Below are positions 35,030-44,700 of a stretch of 64,000 nucleotides of DNA, piece after piece. A model generated the notes under the pieces. That model searched no databases and had not been told where the DNA came from. It worked only from the letters and a program-made list of their open reading frames with translations. This DNA is from Patescibacteria group bacterium. GTDB lineage: Bacteria; Patescibacteriota; Doudnabacteria; UBA920. The first letter of the stretch is position 1. Each line of letters begins with the position of its first letter. Location: positions 397,856-461,855 of the forward strand of contig DAIMCS010000001.1 in NCBI GenBank assembly GCA_036726225.1. The letters are read 5' to 3'. The position numbers were made by a program, and so were the translations under genes.

Positions 35030-35450
35030 ACAGTATACTGTATACAGTAGACAGAATATGCCAATTCAAACTTACAAAGATATTATCGCTTGGCAGAAAT
35101 CACATGAATTAGTGCTTTTTGTTTACCAGCTGACAGAAAAATTTCCGAAGAGTGAGCTCTTTGGGTTAGTCAGTCAAATGAGAAGATGCGCTGTTTCGAT
35201 ACCGTCAAATTTAGCAGAAGGTTTCAAAAGAAAACATCTAAATGACTCTCTGCATTTTTATAATATTTCCCAAGGTTCTTTAGAAGAATTGCGGTATCAA
35301 TTGTTACTTTCTAAAGACTTAAAATATATTAAAGACGAAGAATATCAGAAAGCTGAAACATTAGCTGACGAAGCAGCAAAATTAATTTATTCTTGGATAA
35401 AAGGACATAATTAATACTTGTATACAGTCTACTGTGTACTGTTTACTAAA
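35030..35450. mobile_element. IR-bounded mini-cassette carrying a four-helix-bundle (23S-rRNA-IVS-type) gene
   Basis: Left AAACAGTATACTGTATACAGTAGACAG and right CTTGTATACAGTCTACTGTGTACTGTTTAC are inverted copies of one motif flanking the gene exactly. Confidence 0.5.
35058..35414 (+). CDS. four-helix-bundle protein (TIGR02436 / 23S rRNA intervening-sequence protein family)
   Basis: IAWQKSHELVLFVYQLTEKFPKSE…IPSNLAEGF signature. Confidence 0.75.
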   Translation: MPIQTYKDIIAWQKSHELVLFVYQLTEKFPKSELFGLVSQMRRCAVSIPSNLAEGFKRKHLNDSLHFYNISQGSLEELRYQLLLSKDLKYIKDEEYQKAETLADEAAKLIYSWIKGHN

Positions 35451-35452
35451 AT

Positions 35453-36391
35453 ATGGATCGAAATTTAGCTTTAGAGTTCGTGCGAGTAACCGAAGCCGCG
35501 GCAATTGCGGCTTCAAAGTGGGTGGGGAAGGGCGAGGCCAAAAAAGCGGACGGCGCGGCCGTGGACCAAATGCGCGCGCGCTTTAACCAAATAGATTTTT
35601 CCGGCAAAGTAGTTATTGGCGAAGGTAGTAAAGATGAAGCGCCGGAACTTTATACCGGCGAAATTGTCGGCACGGGTAAAGGGCCTAAGGTTGACCTTGC
35701 GGTGGATCCGCTTGAATGCACAGACAGTGTTGCCTATGGCCGCTACAATGCTATTGCAGTCATTGCCGCCGGCGCTCGCGGTTCACTTTTAAACGCGCCG
35801 GACACTTATATGGAAAAATTGGCTGTTGGCCCTAAAGCTGTTAAGGCCGTAAAAATGGGAGCACCGGTTAAGACAAATATAGAGAAGGTTGCCAAAGCTT
35901 TAGGCAAAAAGGTGGGTGATGTAACCGTGTGCGTTATGGACCGAGACCGCCACAAAGATTTAATCGCGCAAATTAGAAAAACCGGAGCGCGTGTTCGTTT
36001 AATAACGGACGGTGACGTGGCCGGAGCAATTGCGCCGTGTATGCCGGATAGCGGGATTGATTTGTTGATGGGGATCGGCGCCAGCGCTGAAGCAGTCTTG
36101 GCCGCCACAGCAATAAAAATTTTAGGCGGACAAATTTTTGCCCGGTTTAGCCCGCTAAAAGATGCTCACCATCAGCTTATAAAAAAACACGGATTGAATG
36201 ATAAAAAAGTTTATTCGGCCAACGATCTCGCCAAAGGAAAAATTTTAACTTTCACTGCCACTGGAATTATAGACGGCCCAATGCTTGAGGGAGTTCGATA
36301 CGTAGGTAACACAATCATTACGCATTCAATTGTCATCCGCGGCCAGAGTGGAACTATTAGATATGTAACAACTCATCATAAGGAAAAATAA
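35453..36391 (+). CDS. glpX: fructose-1,6-bisphosphatase class II (GlpX)
   Basis: LALEFVRVTEAAAIAASKWVGKGE…, metal-binding DPLECTD. Confidence 0.85.
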   Translation: MDRNLALEFVRVTEAAAIAASKWVGKGEAKKADGAAVDQMRARFNQIDFSGKVVIGEGSKDEAPELYTGEIVGTGKGPKVDLAVDPLECTDSVAYGRYNAIAVIAAGARGSLLNAPDTYMEKLAVGPKAVKAVKMGAPVKTNIEKVAKALGKKVGDVTVCVMDRDRHKDLIAQIRKTGARVRLITDGDVAGAIAPCMPDSGIDLLMGIGASAEAVLAATAIKILGGQIFARFSPLKDAHHQLIKKHGLNDKKVYSANDLAKGKILTFTATGIIDGPMLEGVRYVGNTIITHSIVIRGQSGTIRYVTTHHKEK

Positions 36392-36738
36392 TGAGACCGA
36401 GAAATCGCAATTTGCCACCCCTGGGAGGAGAAATTGTTGGTGGCCATATCCCGGTAGAAGATAATGATGTCTTGATTCCATGGATTGAAACTTTACACGG
36501 ATTGGGTTTTTCTGAAAATGATATACAATATATTGCAAAATTGAACTTCAAAGAATATGAAAGGACTAAGTTAGGAGGAGTTGCTAAGTCTAAGGAGTAC
36601 GAATTCGGTTTAAATCTTGCGAAAAGCTTGAGGGAAAAAGAAGAGAAAAGATTGAACAGAGAACTTACAAGAGAAGAAAAAATAGAATTGTTTAAAAGTA
36701 TTATTAAAGATCTTTTTAAAGGAAATGAAGAAGACTAA
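36391..36738 (+). CDS. hypothetical protein
   Basis: ORF start overlaps the glpX stop. Confidence 0.4.
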   Translation: MRPRNRNLPPLGGEIVGGHIPVEDNDVLIPWIETLHGLGFSENDIQYIAKLNFKEYERTKLGGVAKSKEYEFGLNLAKSLREKEEKRLNRELTREEKIELFKSIIKDLFKGNEED

Positions 36739-36751
36739 ACTCGCATAAATT

Positions 36752-37804
36752 ATGAACATCGAAGAACTCAACAAAATAGCAAAACAAATGGTAGCAGAGG
36801 GAAAAGGTATTTTAGCCGCGGATGAAAGTGAAAAAACAGTTGGCAAACGTTTTGCTTCCATTAATTTAGAGAACAATGAGCTTAACCGCAAAGCTTTCAG
36901 GGAAATGCTGCTCACAGCCCCGGGCGAGGCACAATTTATTAGCGGCGTGATTTTGCATGACGAAACTATTCGGCAATCTTTGGACGACGGCCGAAGTTTT
37001 GTTTCCATTCTTCAAGCCGAAGGCATTTTGCCGGGAATTAAAGTCGACGCGGGTTTAATTGACGATCCTGCATCGCCAACAGAAAAATTAACCAAGGGCT
37101 TAGACGGCTTAGATGAAAGATTAAAAGAATATGTGTCCTTGGGAGCAAAATTTTGTAAATGGCGCTCTGTAATCACCATTGGAGATGGTATCCCAACGGA
37201 TACAAACATTCGCCAAAATGCTAAAGATTTGGCAGCGTATGCTTTGGTTTGCCAGCAAAACGGGCTGGTGCCTATGGTTGAGCCCGAAGTTTTATTCGAC
37301 GGCAACCATACTATGGCCCAGGCCGAAGAGGCGAGTGAGAAAATTTTAACCGCCCTGTTTGAAGAGCTTGCAAAAGCCGGGGTTGCTGTAGAAGGCATTA
37401 TTTTAAAAACCAGCATGGTTTTGCCCGGTAAAGAATCGGCGGAAAAAGCGACTCCCGGGCAAGTTGCAGAAGCAACCTTAAGAGTTTTTAAAAAAGTTTT
37501 GCCAAAAGGGCTGGCCGGAGTAGCTTTTTTGTCCGGCGGACAAAAAGATTTGCAGGCTACCGAGAATTTAAATGCTATAAATAAGCAAAAAAACCTACCC
37601 TTACCGCTGACTTTTTCCTTTGCCCGCGCGCTCCAGGACGGCGCCACTAACGCCTGGCAGGGAAAAGCCGAAAACTTAAAACAGGCCCAAAATATTTTTT
37701 CCCACCGCCTTAAAATGAGCAGCCTGGCTTCTTTGGGAAAATATTTACCGGAACTTGAGCAGGGCGTTGTAGCATCTACAGATGCAACGGCCACACAGGA
37801 TTAA
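36752..37804 (+). CDS. fba: fructose-bisphosphate aldolase class I
   Basis: GKGILAADES…, Schiff-base Lys region. Confidence 0.85.
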   Translation: MNIEELNKIAKQMVAEGKGILAADESEKTVGKRFASINLENNELNRKAFREMLLTAPGEAQFISGVILHDETIRQSLDDGRSFVSILQAEGILPGIKVDAGLIDDPASPTEKLTKGLDGLDERLKEYVSLGAKFCKWRSVITIGDGIPTDTNIRQNAKDLAAYALVCQQNGLVPMVEPEVLFDGNHTMAQAEEASEKILTALFEELAKAGVAVEGIILKTSMVLPGKESAEKATPGQVAEATLRVFKKVLPKGLAGVAFLSGGQKDLQATENLNAINKQKNLPLPLTFSFARALQDGATNAWQGKAENLKQAQNIFSHRLKMSSLASLGKYLPELEQGVVASTDATATQD

Positions 37805-37831
37805 AGCAATATTAAATCTTAAACTTTTTTA

Positions 37832-38536
37832 ATGGCTTACACAAAAAAACCTAAATTCAAACCCATTGAGCATTTGGAAAAAGTACGCAAGGGAAATGTG
37901 AAAAAAATTCCGCAATGGATGATAAAAAAAATTAACGAGGAATTTACCAAAGGTTTTAAATTTTTAAGCAAGTACAAAAAGGCTGTTAGCATTATGGGTA
38001 GCGCCAGAACGGGGCTAAACCCTTATGTGTACGAAGAAGCCACGCAATTGGCAAATATGCTTTCCAAGTCCGGTTTTGCAATAATTACCGGCGGCGGCCC
38101 GGGCGTTATGGAAGCCGCTAACAAAGGCGCCCACGAAGCTAACGGGCAATCTATAGGCATAAACATCCGCCTGCCCTTTGAACAGCGCACCAACCAGTAT
38201 GTAAAAGAGTCCGAAGATTTTTCTTTCTTTTTTACCCGCAAAGTTATGCTGGAGTATGCTTCGCATATTTACGTTTTTTTCCCCGGCGGTTTTGGCACGC
38301 TGGATGAGTTTTTTGAAATGGTTACTTTAACTCAAACGCACAAAATTAAACCCGTGGCAATTATTTTAGTATACAAAGATTTTTGGCAGCCGCTTTTGGA
38401 CTGGATAAAGACTACTTTGTACGAAAAGTCGCACGCCATAGACGAAAAAGATATGGAAATTTACAGGTTAGTAGACAGCGCGGAAGAAGCCTACGAACAA
38501 ATTCAGGAACTTTCAAAAATAACAGACTTCTTTTAG
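37832..38536 (+). CDS. LOG-family (TIGR00730) cytokinin riboside 5'-monophosphate phosphoribohydrolase-like protein
   Basis: GGGPGVMEAANKGA and PGGFGTLDE motifs. Confidence 0.8.
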   Translation: MAYTKKPKFKPIEHLEKVRKGNVKKIPQWMIKKINEEFTKGFKFLSKYKKAVSIMGSARTGLNPYVYEEATQLANMLSKSGFAIITGGGPGVMEAANKGAHEANGQSIGINIRLPFEQRTNQYVKESEDFSFFFTRKVMLEYASHIYVFFPGGFGTLDEFFEMVTLTQTHKIKPVAIILVYKDFWQPLLDWIKTTLYEKSHAIDEKDMEIYRLVDSAEEAYEQIQELSKITDFF

Positions 38537-39012
38537 ACTTTACGGAGTACGGAAATATACGGATATACGGAAATGCAATCAAACAACAGAGCCAAAAAGG
38601 ATATTGTTTATGCTGATTTAAGCGGAAAGATTATCGGTGTAATTTTTGATGTATATAATCAATTAGGTTACGGACATGCGGAAATAACTTATCAAAAAGC
38701 GCTTTGTGTAGCTTTTTCCCAAAATAAGATAAAATTTGAGCAGCAATTATATGCACCAGTGATGTTTGGCGGAAAGGTCGTTGGTAAGAATTATTTTGAT
38801 TTTTTAATTGAAGGAAAGATTGTTTTAGAAATTAAAAGAGGCGACTATTTTGTAAAAGCTCATATTGATCAAGTCTATAAATACTTAGTTAGTAAAGATT
38901 TAAAGTTAGGAATTTTGGCCTATTTTGCTCCCAGGATAGTGCACTTGAAACGGGTTGTTAATTTAAAGTAATCCGTATATCCGTAACGTTCCCTCCGTAT
39001 TCCGTAAAGTCT
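38537..39012. mobile_element. IR-bounded mini-cassette carrying a GxxExxY-family gene
   Basis: Left GACTTTACGGAGTACGGAAATATACGGATATACGGA and right TCCGTATATCCGTAACGTTCCCTCCGTATTCCGTAAAGTC are inverted repeats. Confidence 0.5.
38573..38971 (+). CDS. GxxExxY protein (PD-(D/E)xK-like, 23S-IVS-associated family)
   Basis: IIGVIFDVYNQLGYGHAEITYQKAL… matches the GxxExxY family pattern. Confidence 0.75.
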   Translation: MQSNNRAKKDIVYADLSGKIIGVIFDVYNQLGYGHAEITYQKALCVAFSQNKIKFEQQLYAPVMFGGKVVGKNYFDFLIEGKIVLEIKRGDYFVKAHIDQVYKYLVSKDLKLGILAYFAPRIVHLKRVVNLK

Positions 39013-39861
39013 ATGAAGCCATCAAATTTAAATGCCAGAATTTTTCTCGACAGCGGCGACCCGGGGGAGACCCGGGCAGTTTTGTCTTTACTTGGTTTTT
39101 TAGACGGCCAAACTACGAATCCTTCACTTATTGCAAAAAATCCTAAAACCGCGGGCAAAAAATTTTCATCTGACGAGCTGCTTAAATTTTACAGCGGCGT
39201 GGTAAAAGATGTCTCGGAAATTATTCCGGAAGGCAGCGTGTCAGTGGAAGTGTACGCAGATGCAAACACCACAGCTGAAGAAATGTTTGAGCAGGGGAAG
39301 GAATTTAATGCCTGGATACCCAATGCGCATATTAAATATCCCACCACTTCAGCAGGCTTAAAAGCCGCTGAATTGAGCGTAAAAGAAGGTATGAGGGTGA
39401 ATATGACCCTGGTTTTTTCCCAGGAACAGGCTGCGGCGGTTTATGCGGCAACAAAGGGGGCTAAAAAGGGCCAGGTTTTTGTTTCCCCGTTTATTGGCAG
39501 GCTGGATGACAGGGGAGAGAACGGTATGGACTTAATAGCTAGCATAATCAAAATGTATGAGTCAGGGGACGGGCACGTAGAGGTCCTTACTGCCAGTGTG
39601 AGATCTAAAGACCACATTTTTAAAGCCATTCGACTTAAAAGCGACATTATTACAGCGCCGCTAAATGTATTGAAAGAGTGGGCAGAGGCCGGGTTGCAAT
39701 TACCAAACGAAAATTTTGTGTATGAACCAAAAAATTTAAAACTAATTGAGTACAAAGACATAGCTTTAGATAAAGTTTGGCAAGAGTATAATATTCATCA
39801 CGAGCTTACAGAAAAAGGTTTAGAAAAATTTGCACAAGATTGGAATAATTTAATTCATTGA
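39013..39861 (+). CDS. tal: transaldolase / fructose-6-phosphate aldolase family
   Basis: RIFLDSGDP…GQTTNPSLIAKN… motifs. Confidence 0.8.
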   Translation: MKPSNLNARIFLDSGDPGETRAVLSLLGFLDGQTTNPSLIAKNPKTAGKKFSSDELLKFYSGVVKDVSEIIPEGSVSVEVYADANTTAEEMFEQGKEFNAWIPNAHIKYPTTSAGLKAAELSVKEGMRVNMTLVFSQEQAAAVYAATKGAKKGQVFVSPFIGRLDDRGENGMDLIASIIKMYESGDGHVEVLTASVRSKDHIFKAIRLKSDIITAPLNVLKEWAEAGLQLPNENFVYEPKNLKLIEYKDIALDKVWQEYNIHHELTEKGLEKFAQDWNNLIH

Positions 39862-39896
39862 AAGAGGATTCCCCTCTGTCAGAGGGGAATCCTCTT
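39862..39896 (+). terminator. terminator after tal (AAGAGGATTCCCCTCTGTCAGAGGGGAATCCTCTT)
   Basis: 15-bp perfect stem; member of the CCCCTC…GAGGGG hairpin family. Confidence 0.75.
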
Positions 39897-39954
39897 AACA
39901 CTCTAAATAAAAAACAACCCCGATATTAATCGCGGTTGTTTTTTATTTGTAAAT

Positions 39955-40689
39955 TTACTTACCCCACGCAGCTTTAAAATCTGTCCTGGCTTTTTCTGCG
40001 GCGGCCTTAAAATCAGCTAAGGCTTTTTCCATAGCCTGTTTTCGGGCAGTAATTATTGCCGCGACATTTCTTTTTTCTATGGCAGCTCTGGCCGCGGCAA
40101 ATGCGTCTTGGGCAGCCTTCATACTTGCCTGAAAGGTTGTTTTTATAGTCTGGGGGCTTACTCCGGCAGCGCAATCCTGGACTGCTTTAGCTTTAGCCGC
40201 CTTTACCGCGTTTGTAAACGCAGTAACTGCGGAGCTGACAGCGGCTTTACGCGCGGCTATGGCCTCATCCATGCTTTTGCGGAAAGCAGATTTGGCTGCA
40301 TCCATAGCGGCTTTACGCGCGGCTATGGCAGCTTCCATGGCCCTTTTATACGCAACTACAGCCTGTTTTTGTGCATCTGTCGTTGCTTTGCTTTCTAGCG
40401 CGGCATATTCTTTGTTGCGGTTTTCAATCCATCTGTCCCGCACTTCTTTTAATTTCGCATCCCGGGCGCTGCGGTTTTCCGCCAACTTTTGCTGCCTTTC
40501 AGAAACTTTGGCATCAATTTGCCCTTTGCGCTCCTGCATTCTTTGGTCAACCTTGGCTGTTGCACCCGTAAGCCTTGTACAAAACATTCTGTCGGTTTCT
40601 GTAGTTTGGGCCAAAGCTATAGCAGGCAAAACAGCCTGCATAGCTAAAGCCGCTGCAAATGCAAAACTTAAAGTTTTTTTAGAATTCAT
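39955..40689 (-). CDS. secreted Ala/Lys-rich coiled-coil (apolipoprotein-like) protein with tandem 22-aa repeats
   Basis: Signal peptide MNSKKTLSFAFAAALAMQAVLPAIALAQ; tandem 66-bp DNA repeat (GGCTTTACGCGCGGCTATGGC twice). Confidence 0.55.
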   Translation of the reverse strand: MNSKKTLSFAFAAALAMQAVLPAIALAQTTETDRMFCTRLTGATAKVDQRMQERKGQIDAKVSERQQKLAENRSARDAKLKEVRDRWIENRNKEYAALESKATTDAQKQAVVAYKRAMEAAIAARKAAMDAAKSAFRKSMDEAIAARKAAVSSAVTAFTNAVKAAKAKAVQDCAAGVSPQTIKTTFQASMKAAQDAFAAARAAIEKRNVAAIITARKQAMEKALADFKAAAEKARTDFKAAWGK

Positions 40690-40948
40690 TTGGGTTATAA
40701 GATTGGCCAAAATCACCAATTTCTGCCGATTCGGAGTTGTAAAGCGACTGCTCTGCAGTGGCTTCTTCACTTAAAACCGCCTGTTCACTGGCTGAAGCGT
40801 TGAGCATGGAGTTTGTCACATCATCAACATTTCCGCTTGTGGCCGGCTGCTTCATTTCCACGTTTTTTGGGCTTTTGGCGGGCCGATAGAAAATAAATGC
40901 GGCTCCCAAAATAAGAATTAATACAACTATAGCAATTTTTCCGTTCAT
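40679..40948 (-). CDS. small membrane-anchored acidic protein
   Basis: ORF, one TM. Confidence 0.4.
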   Translation of the reverse strand: MNGKIAIVVLILILGAAFIFYRPAKSPKNVEMKQPATSGNVDDVTNSMLNASASEQAVLSEEATAEQSLYNSESAEIGDFGQSYNPNEF

Positions 40949-41088
40949 ATTTATGGTAAATTTGGATGTTAATTTTTAATTTTAGAGGTTCGACCTATTT
41001 ACCTCTCTGTAGTATTGTTAGTAAAATTTTAAAATAAAAAATATTTGTTGTCTATCTTATAACCTTAGCCGCAGGGACGATTGACCCT

Positions 41089-41162
41089 TGGTCGGGCTGC
41101 TGGGAATCGAACCCAGTCTATCTGCTCCCAAAGCAGACGTACTACCGGTATACTACAGCCCG
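41089..41162 (-). tRNA. tRNA-Pro (anticodon TGG), CCA encoded
   Basis: Hand-folded: acceptor CGGGCTG/CAGCCCG, anticodon stem TCTGC/GCAGA with loop TTTGGGA, T-arm CTGGG-TTCGATT-CCCAG. Confidence 0.85.
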
Positions 41163-41203
41163 TTTTTTCTTAACCCATAGATTCTAACATTAAAGAAGCT
41201 TCT

Positions 41204-41232
41204 TTGACAAATTTAGGGAGTTATATTATAAT
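41204..41232 (+). promoter_or_regulatory. consensus sigma70 promoter TTGACA-17-TATAAT about 545 nt upstream of the surface-protein gene
   Basis: Perfect hexamers, 17-nt spacer. Confidence 0.6.
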
Positions 41233-41776
41233 GTATTAAATTTGGAATTAAATCTTTTAGATATCCCCAAATGGGCTCAATATACATTAAAACTGTGAAT
41301 AAAAGTCAGGGAGAGTTTGCAAGCTAAAATAAGCTTTATTTAAAGCTAAAATTGTAAACTTTCCCTGGCTTTTTGCATAATAAAAACCGCAAAAAGGCTA
41401 AATTAAGACAGGTTGTAACATTCTACAAAAACCTCCGTCTTGCCTGTGGACAGTGAGAATAATTTCAGTTTTGGTTGTTTTGGAAGCACACTTCTCTTTA
41501 TTTATTGAACCTTATGGCTTAAGGCGAGCCATACGGGGTATTAAAATGCCTGGTCGATCTTATGGCGTTAATCCAACGCACCATTTATTGGTGTATGGGT
41601 AAAGTTCTACGTTATAAGGACTCAATAAACATTGTTTACCTGCAATTTTTGAGGTCTCTAGAACCCTAAAAACGGAAGGTAGATAATGAAATTAATTAAA
41701 TTTTTTTCCGCAAATTTATTTTTGATTATCTCAATTGAATAATCAAACTTAGCGGAAAAATGGAGTATTATTAAAA

Positions 41777-44700
41777 ATGCAAAATTCTTTAGCAAAGAAA
41801 TTCTTTGCTGTAGGATCTGCGGTGGCAATGACTTTGTCCTTAGCCGCGCCGTTTGCAGCGCAAGCTGCAGCGCACGCTGCCGGGACTAACGTTTCCACCT
41901 CCGACGGTACAGTCTGGTTTATTACACCAGAAGGTACCCGCAGAGCCTACACTTCTGCCGGCGCTTTCCTTTCCTACGGCTTCAATTCTTGGAGCCAGGT
42001 GGTAGCTGCCAATGCAGATGACCTGAGCTTGCCTGCCGGATCGTTCATTCCTCCTCAGGACGGAACGGTTTTCTGCGCAACTGCCACAAAAGGCAGTGAC
42101 GTAGCAGGTGAATGCTCTTTGGTAACTGCCGGTATGAAAGCCGCTTTTACTTCAGCTGCTGTGTTTGCCGGTCTTGGCTTTAGCTTCGCTAACGCCGAGT
42201 ACGGTGATTCTTCTTTCTTAAATAAGACTGTAGACATCAACAGCTCAACCGAAGCCCACAAAACCGGCGTGCTTGTTAACAATAACGGCACTGTCCAGTT
42301 AGTTGGCGCTACCGGTTTGCTTGGTATTCCAAGCTTAGACGTCTTTAACACCTGGGGCTATTCCTTTGCCAATGTCGTTCCGGCTAACGCCGCCGACAAG
42401 GCAATGACCCAGACCGGTGTTATGCAAGCCAGAACACCTGGCCAATTAAACCCGGTATGGACAGTTGGAACTCAGCCTCCGCCTCCGGTTGGTTCGGTCA
42501 CGGTCTCTTTGGCCTCCGACAACCCGGCTTCTGGCAGCATTGTTGCCAGTTCTTCAGCTGTAACTTTGGCTAAATTCAACTTCTCCGGAAGCGGAACAGT
42601 CAGCCAAATCCAGCTTAAGAGAATTGGTGTCTCTGCAGACTCTGTTCTTTCTAACGTTTACCTCTACGACGGAGCTATGCGCTTAACTGATGCAGCTTCT
42701 GTCGGCGGTAGCAGCCTAATTAGCTTCAATACCCCAGGCGGTATTTTTACAGTTTCAGGCAGCAAGACCATTTCCGTGGTCGCTGAAATTGCAGGCACAG
42801 CCACTTCCGGCCAAACTGTAGGCGTTCAGCTTACCGGTTTTGCCGTAGCTGGTTATAGCTTGGGCAGCGCCAGTGTTTCCGGTAACTTACACACCGTTGC
42901 TTCAGTCAGCGATCTCGCTACTGTTGACTTCGGTACTGTTACCCCGACTGGCCAGACTTTGGACGCTGCTGCGGGCTTAGAAGTCTTCCGCAGTTCAGTA
43001 AGCATTGGCACCCGCGATGTAACCTTGTCCCGTTTGGCAGTTCGCCAAATTGGATCAGTCAACTACAGCGATATCAAGAACTTAGTCTTGAAGGTAGACG
43101 GTACAACTCTTGGTTCAGTAGCCGGTTTGGATGTAAATGGCTACGCCATGTTCTCCTTCTCACCTACTACTCTTAAGAGCGGCACTCGCATTATCACCAT
43201 TTTGGGTGACATTGTTGGCGGCGCTACCAGGACTTTCCAGTTCCAAATTCGCAACAAGGTTGATGTCGACTTTACTGACACTAACTACAACGTAGTGGTT
43301 TCTCCTGTTGACACCTTCCCTGTAGGTTCAGGTTCTGCTAACACCATTAGAGAAGGTAGCCTTATTATTCAAAAAGCTACCGACACTCCGTCTGGCAACG
43401 TAACCGATGGTGCTACCAATGTAAAATTGGCCAAGTTCACAGCTAACGCTTATGGTGAACCTATGAAGATCGAAACCTTAACTGCTGCTGCAAGCTCTTC
43501 TGACACCAGCGTTACTTCGCTCCGAAATGGTAAAATTATGATCAACGGGGTTCAGTATGGTTCTACAGCCACTTTGGCCCAGTGTCTTGCATGTACCACC
43601 ACCGGTGGTACCTCTTACACTTTGAACTATACTGTGCAGCCGGGTACTGCGGTTACTATCGAAGTTTATGCCGATATGTATGACAATGACATTGGTGGAA
43701 ACAACCTTTCCAACGGCGACACCGTTACTGCTTACTTAATTGTTGGTTCTAACAACGTCCAAAAGATGACCTCTTTGGGCTATGTCAACGTTCCGTCTTC
43801 CGCAGTTTCGGGTAACCCGATTACCAACGTAACCGGCAGCGTAACCTTTGCCAAGAACCAAACTTACTCTAACCACGCTATTCCTCTCCCACAAACTGGC
43901 TACAAGATTGGTGCCTTCACCTTAGTCGGTAGCACCTCGGAAGATGTGACTATCTCGAGCATCTCAGTTCGCGATGTTTCATCCACCAGCTTGACCAGCT
44001 TGTACAACATAAAAGTATTGGTTAATGGCAGCATATTTGGAGCTCAGGCTAGCAGCATCTCCGTTGGAGGTACTTCTACCTTCTCCAGTACTTTGAACCT
44101 TGCCCAAGGAATGACTGTTCCGGTCGAAGTTTATGCTGACATAAACTTACCAACAGCCGGCTATGCCGCCGACACCTTCGGTGCCCAGGTTTCGATTTCC
44201 GGTACAGCTGTTAATTCCAGCGCTTCCATTGCTGCTTCTGCAGCCGGTCAGACTTTGACCATTGGTAGCGCCACCTTAACTGCGGCTCAAGATCCGTCTA
44301 CTCCGGTTGCTGCCATTACGGCCGGCAATCAGACCAAGACTGCTGCTGCCTTTAAGTGGACTTCAGCTAACGACCAATTTACGATTTCTGAACTCGTAAT
44401 TAGTGTCGCGGCCGTCACCACTGTTCAAAATGTCATAATCAAGGATGGCAGCAACGTCATTGCTACTCAGCCAGGCGCTGCTTCTACCACCTTCAGCAAT
44501 TTGAGCATTTCAGTCCCTGCCAATGCCACCAAGATCTTAACTGTAGAATTACAGTTGGGCGGTGTGGGAACCGGCGCGGGTACTTCTGGTGAAAACGTCT
44601 TCGTCACCTTGCACAGCTACAAGAAAGCTCCGGCTTCATCCGGCACAGTCTCTACCACAACTGTTGGTAACATTTCGGGTAATGCCTTGTATGTTTACAA

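Noticed and set aside
37012-37794. 260-aa minus-strand ORF
   Set aside because: Entirely antisense to the well-supported class I fructose-bisphosphate aldolase gene; low-complexity Ala/Ser translation typical of a shadow ORF
40108-40774. Plus-strand ORFs (96, 171, 66 aa)
   Set aside because: Antisense to the tandem-repeat Ala-rich secreted protein gene; repetitive Ala/Ser translation comes from the DNA repeat
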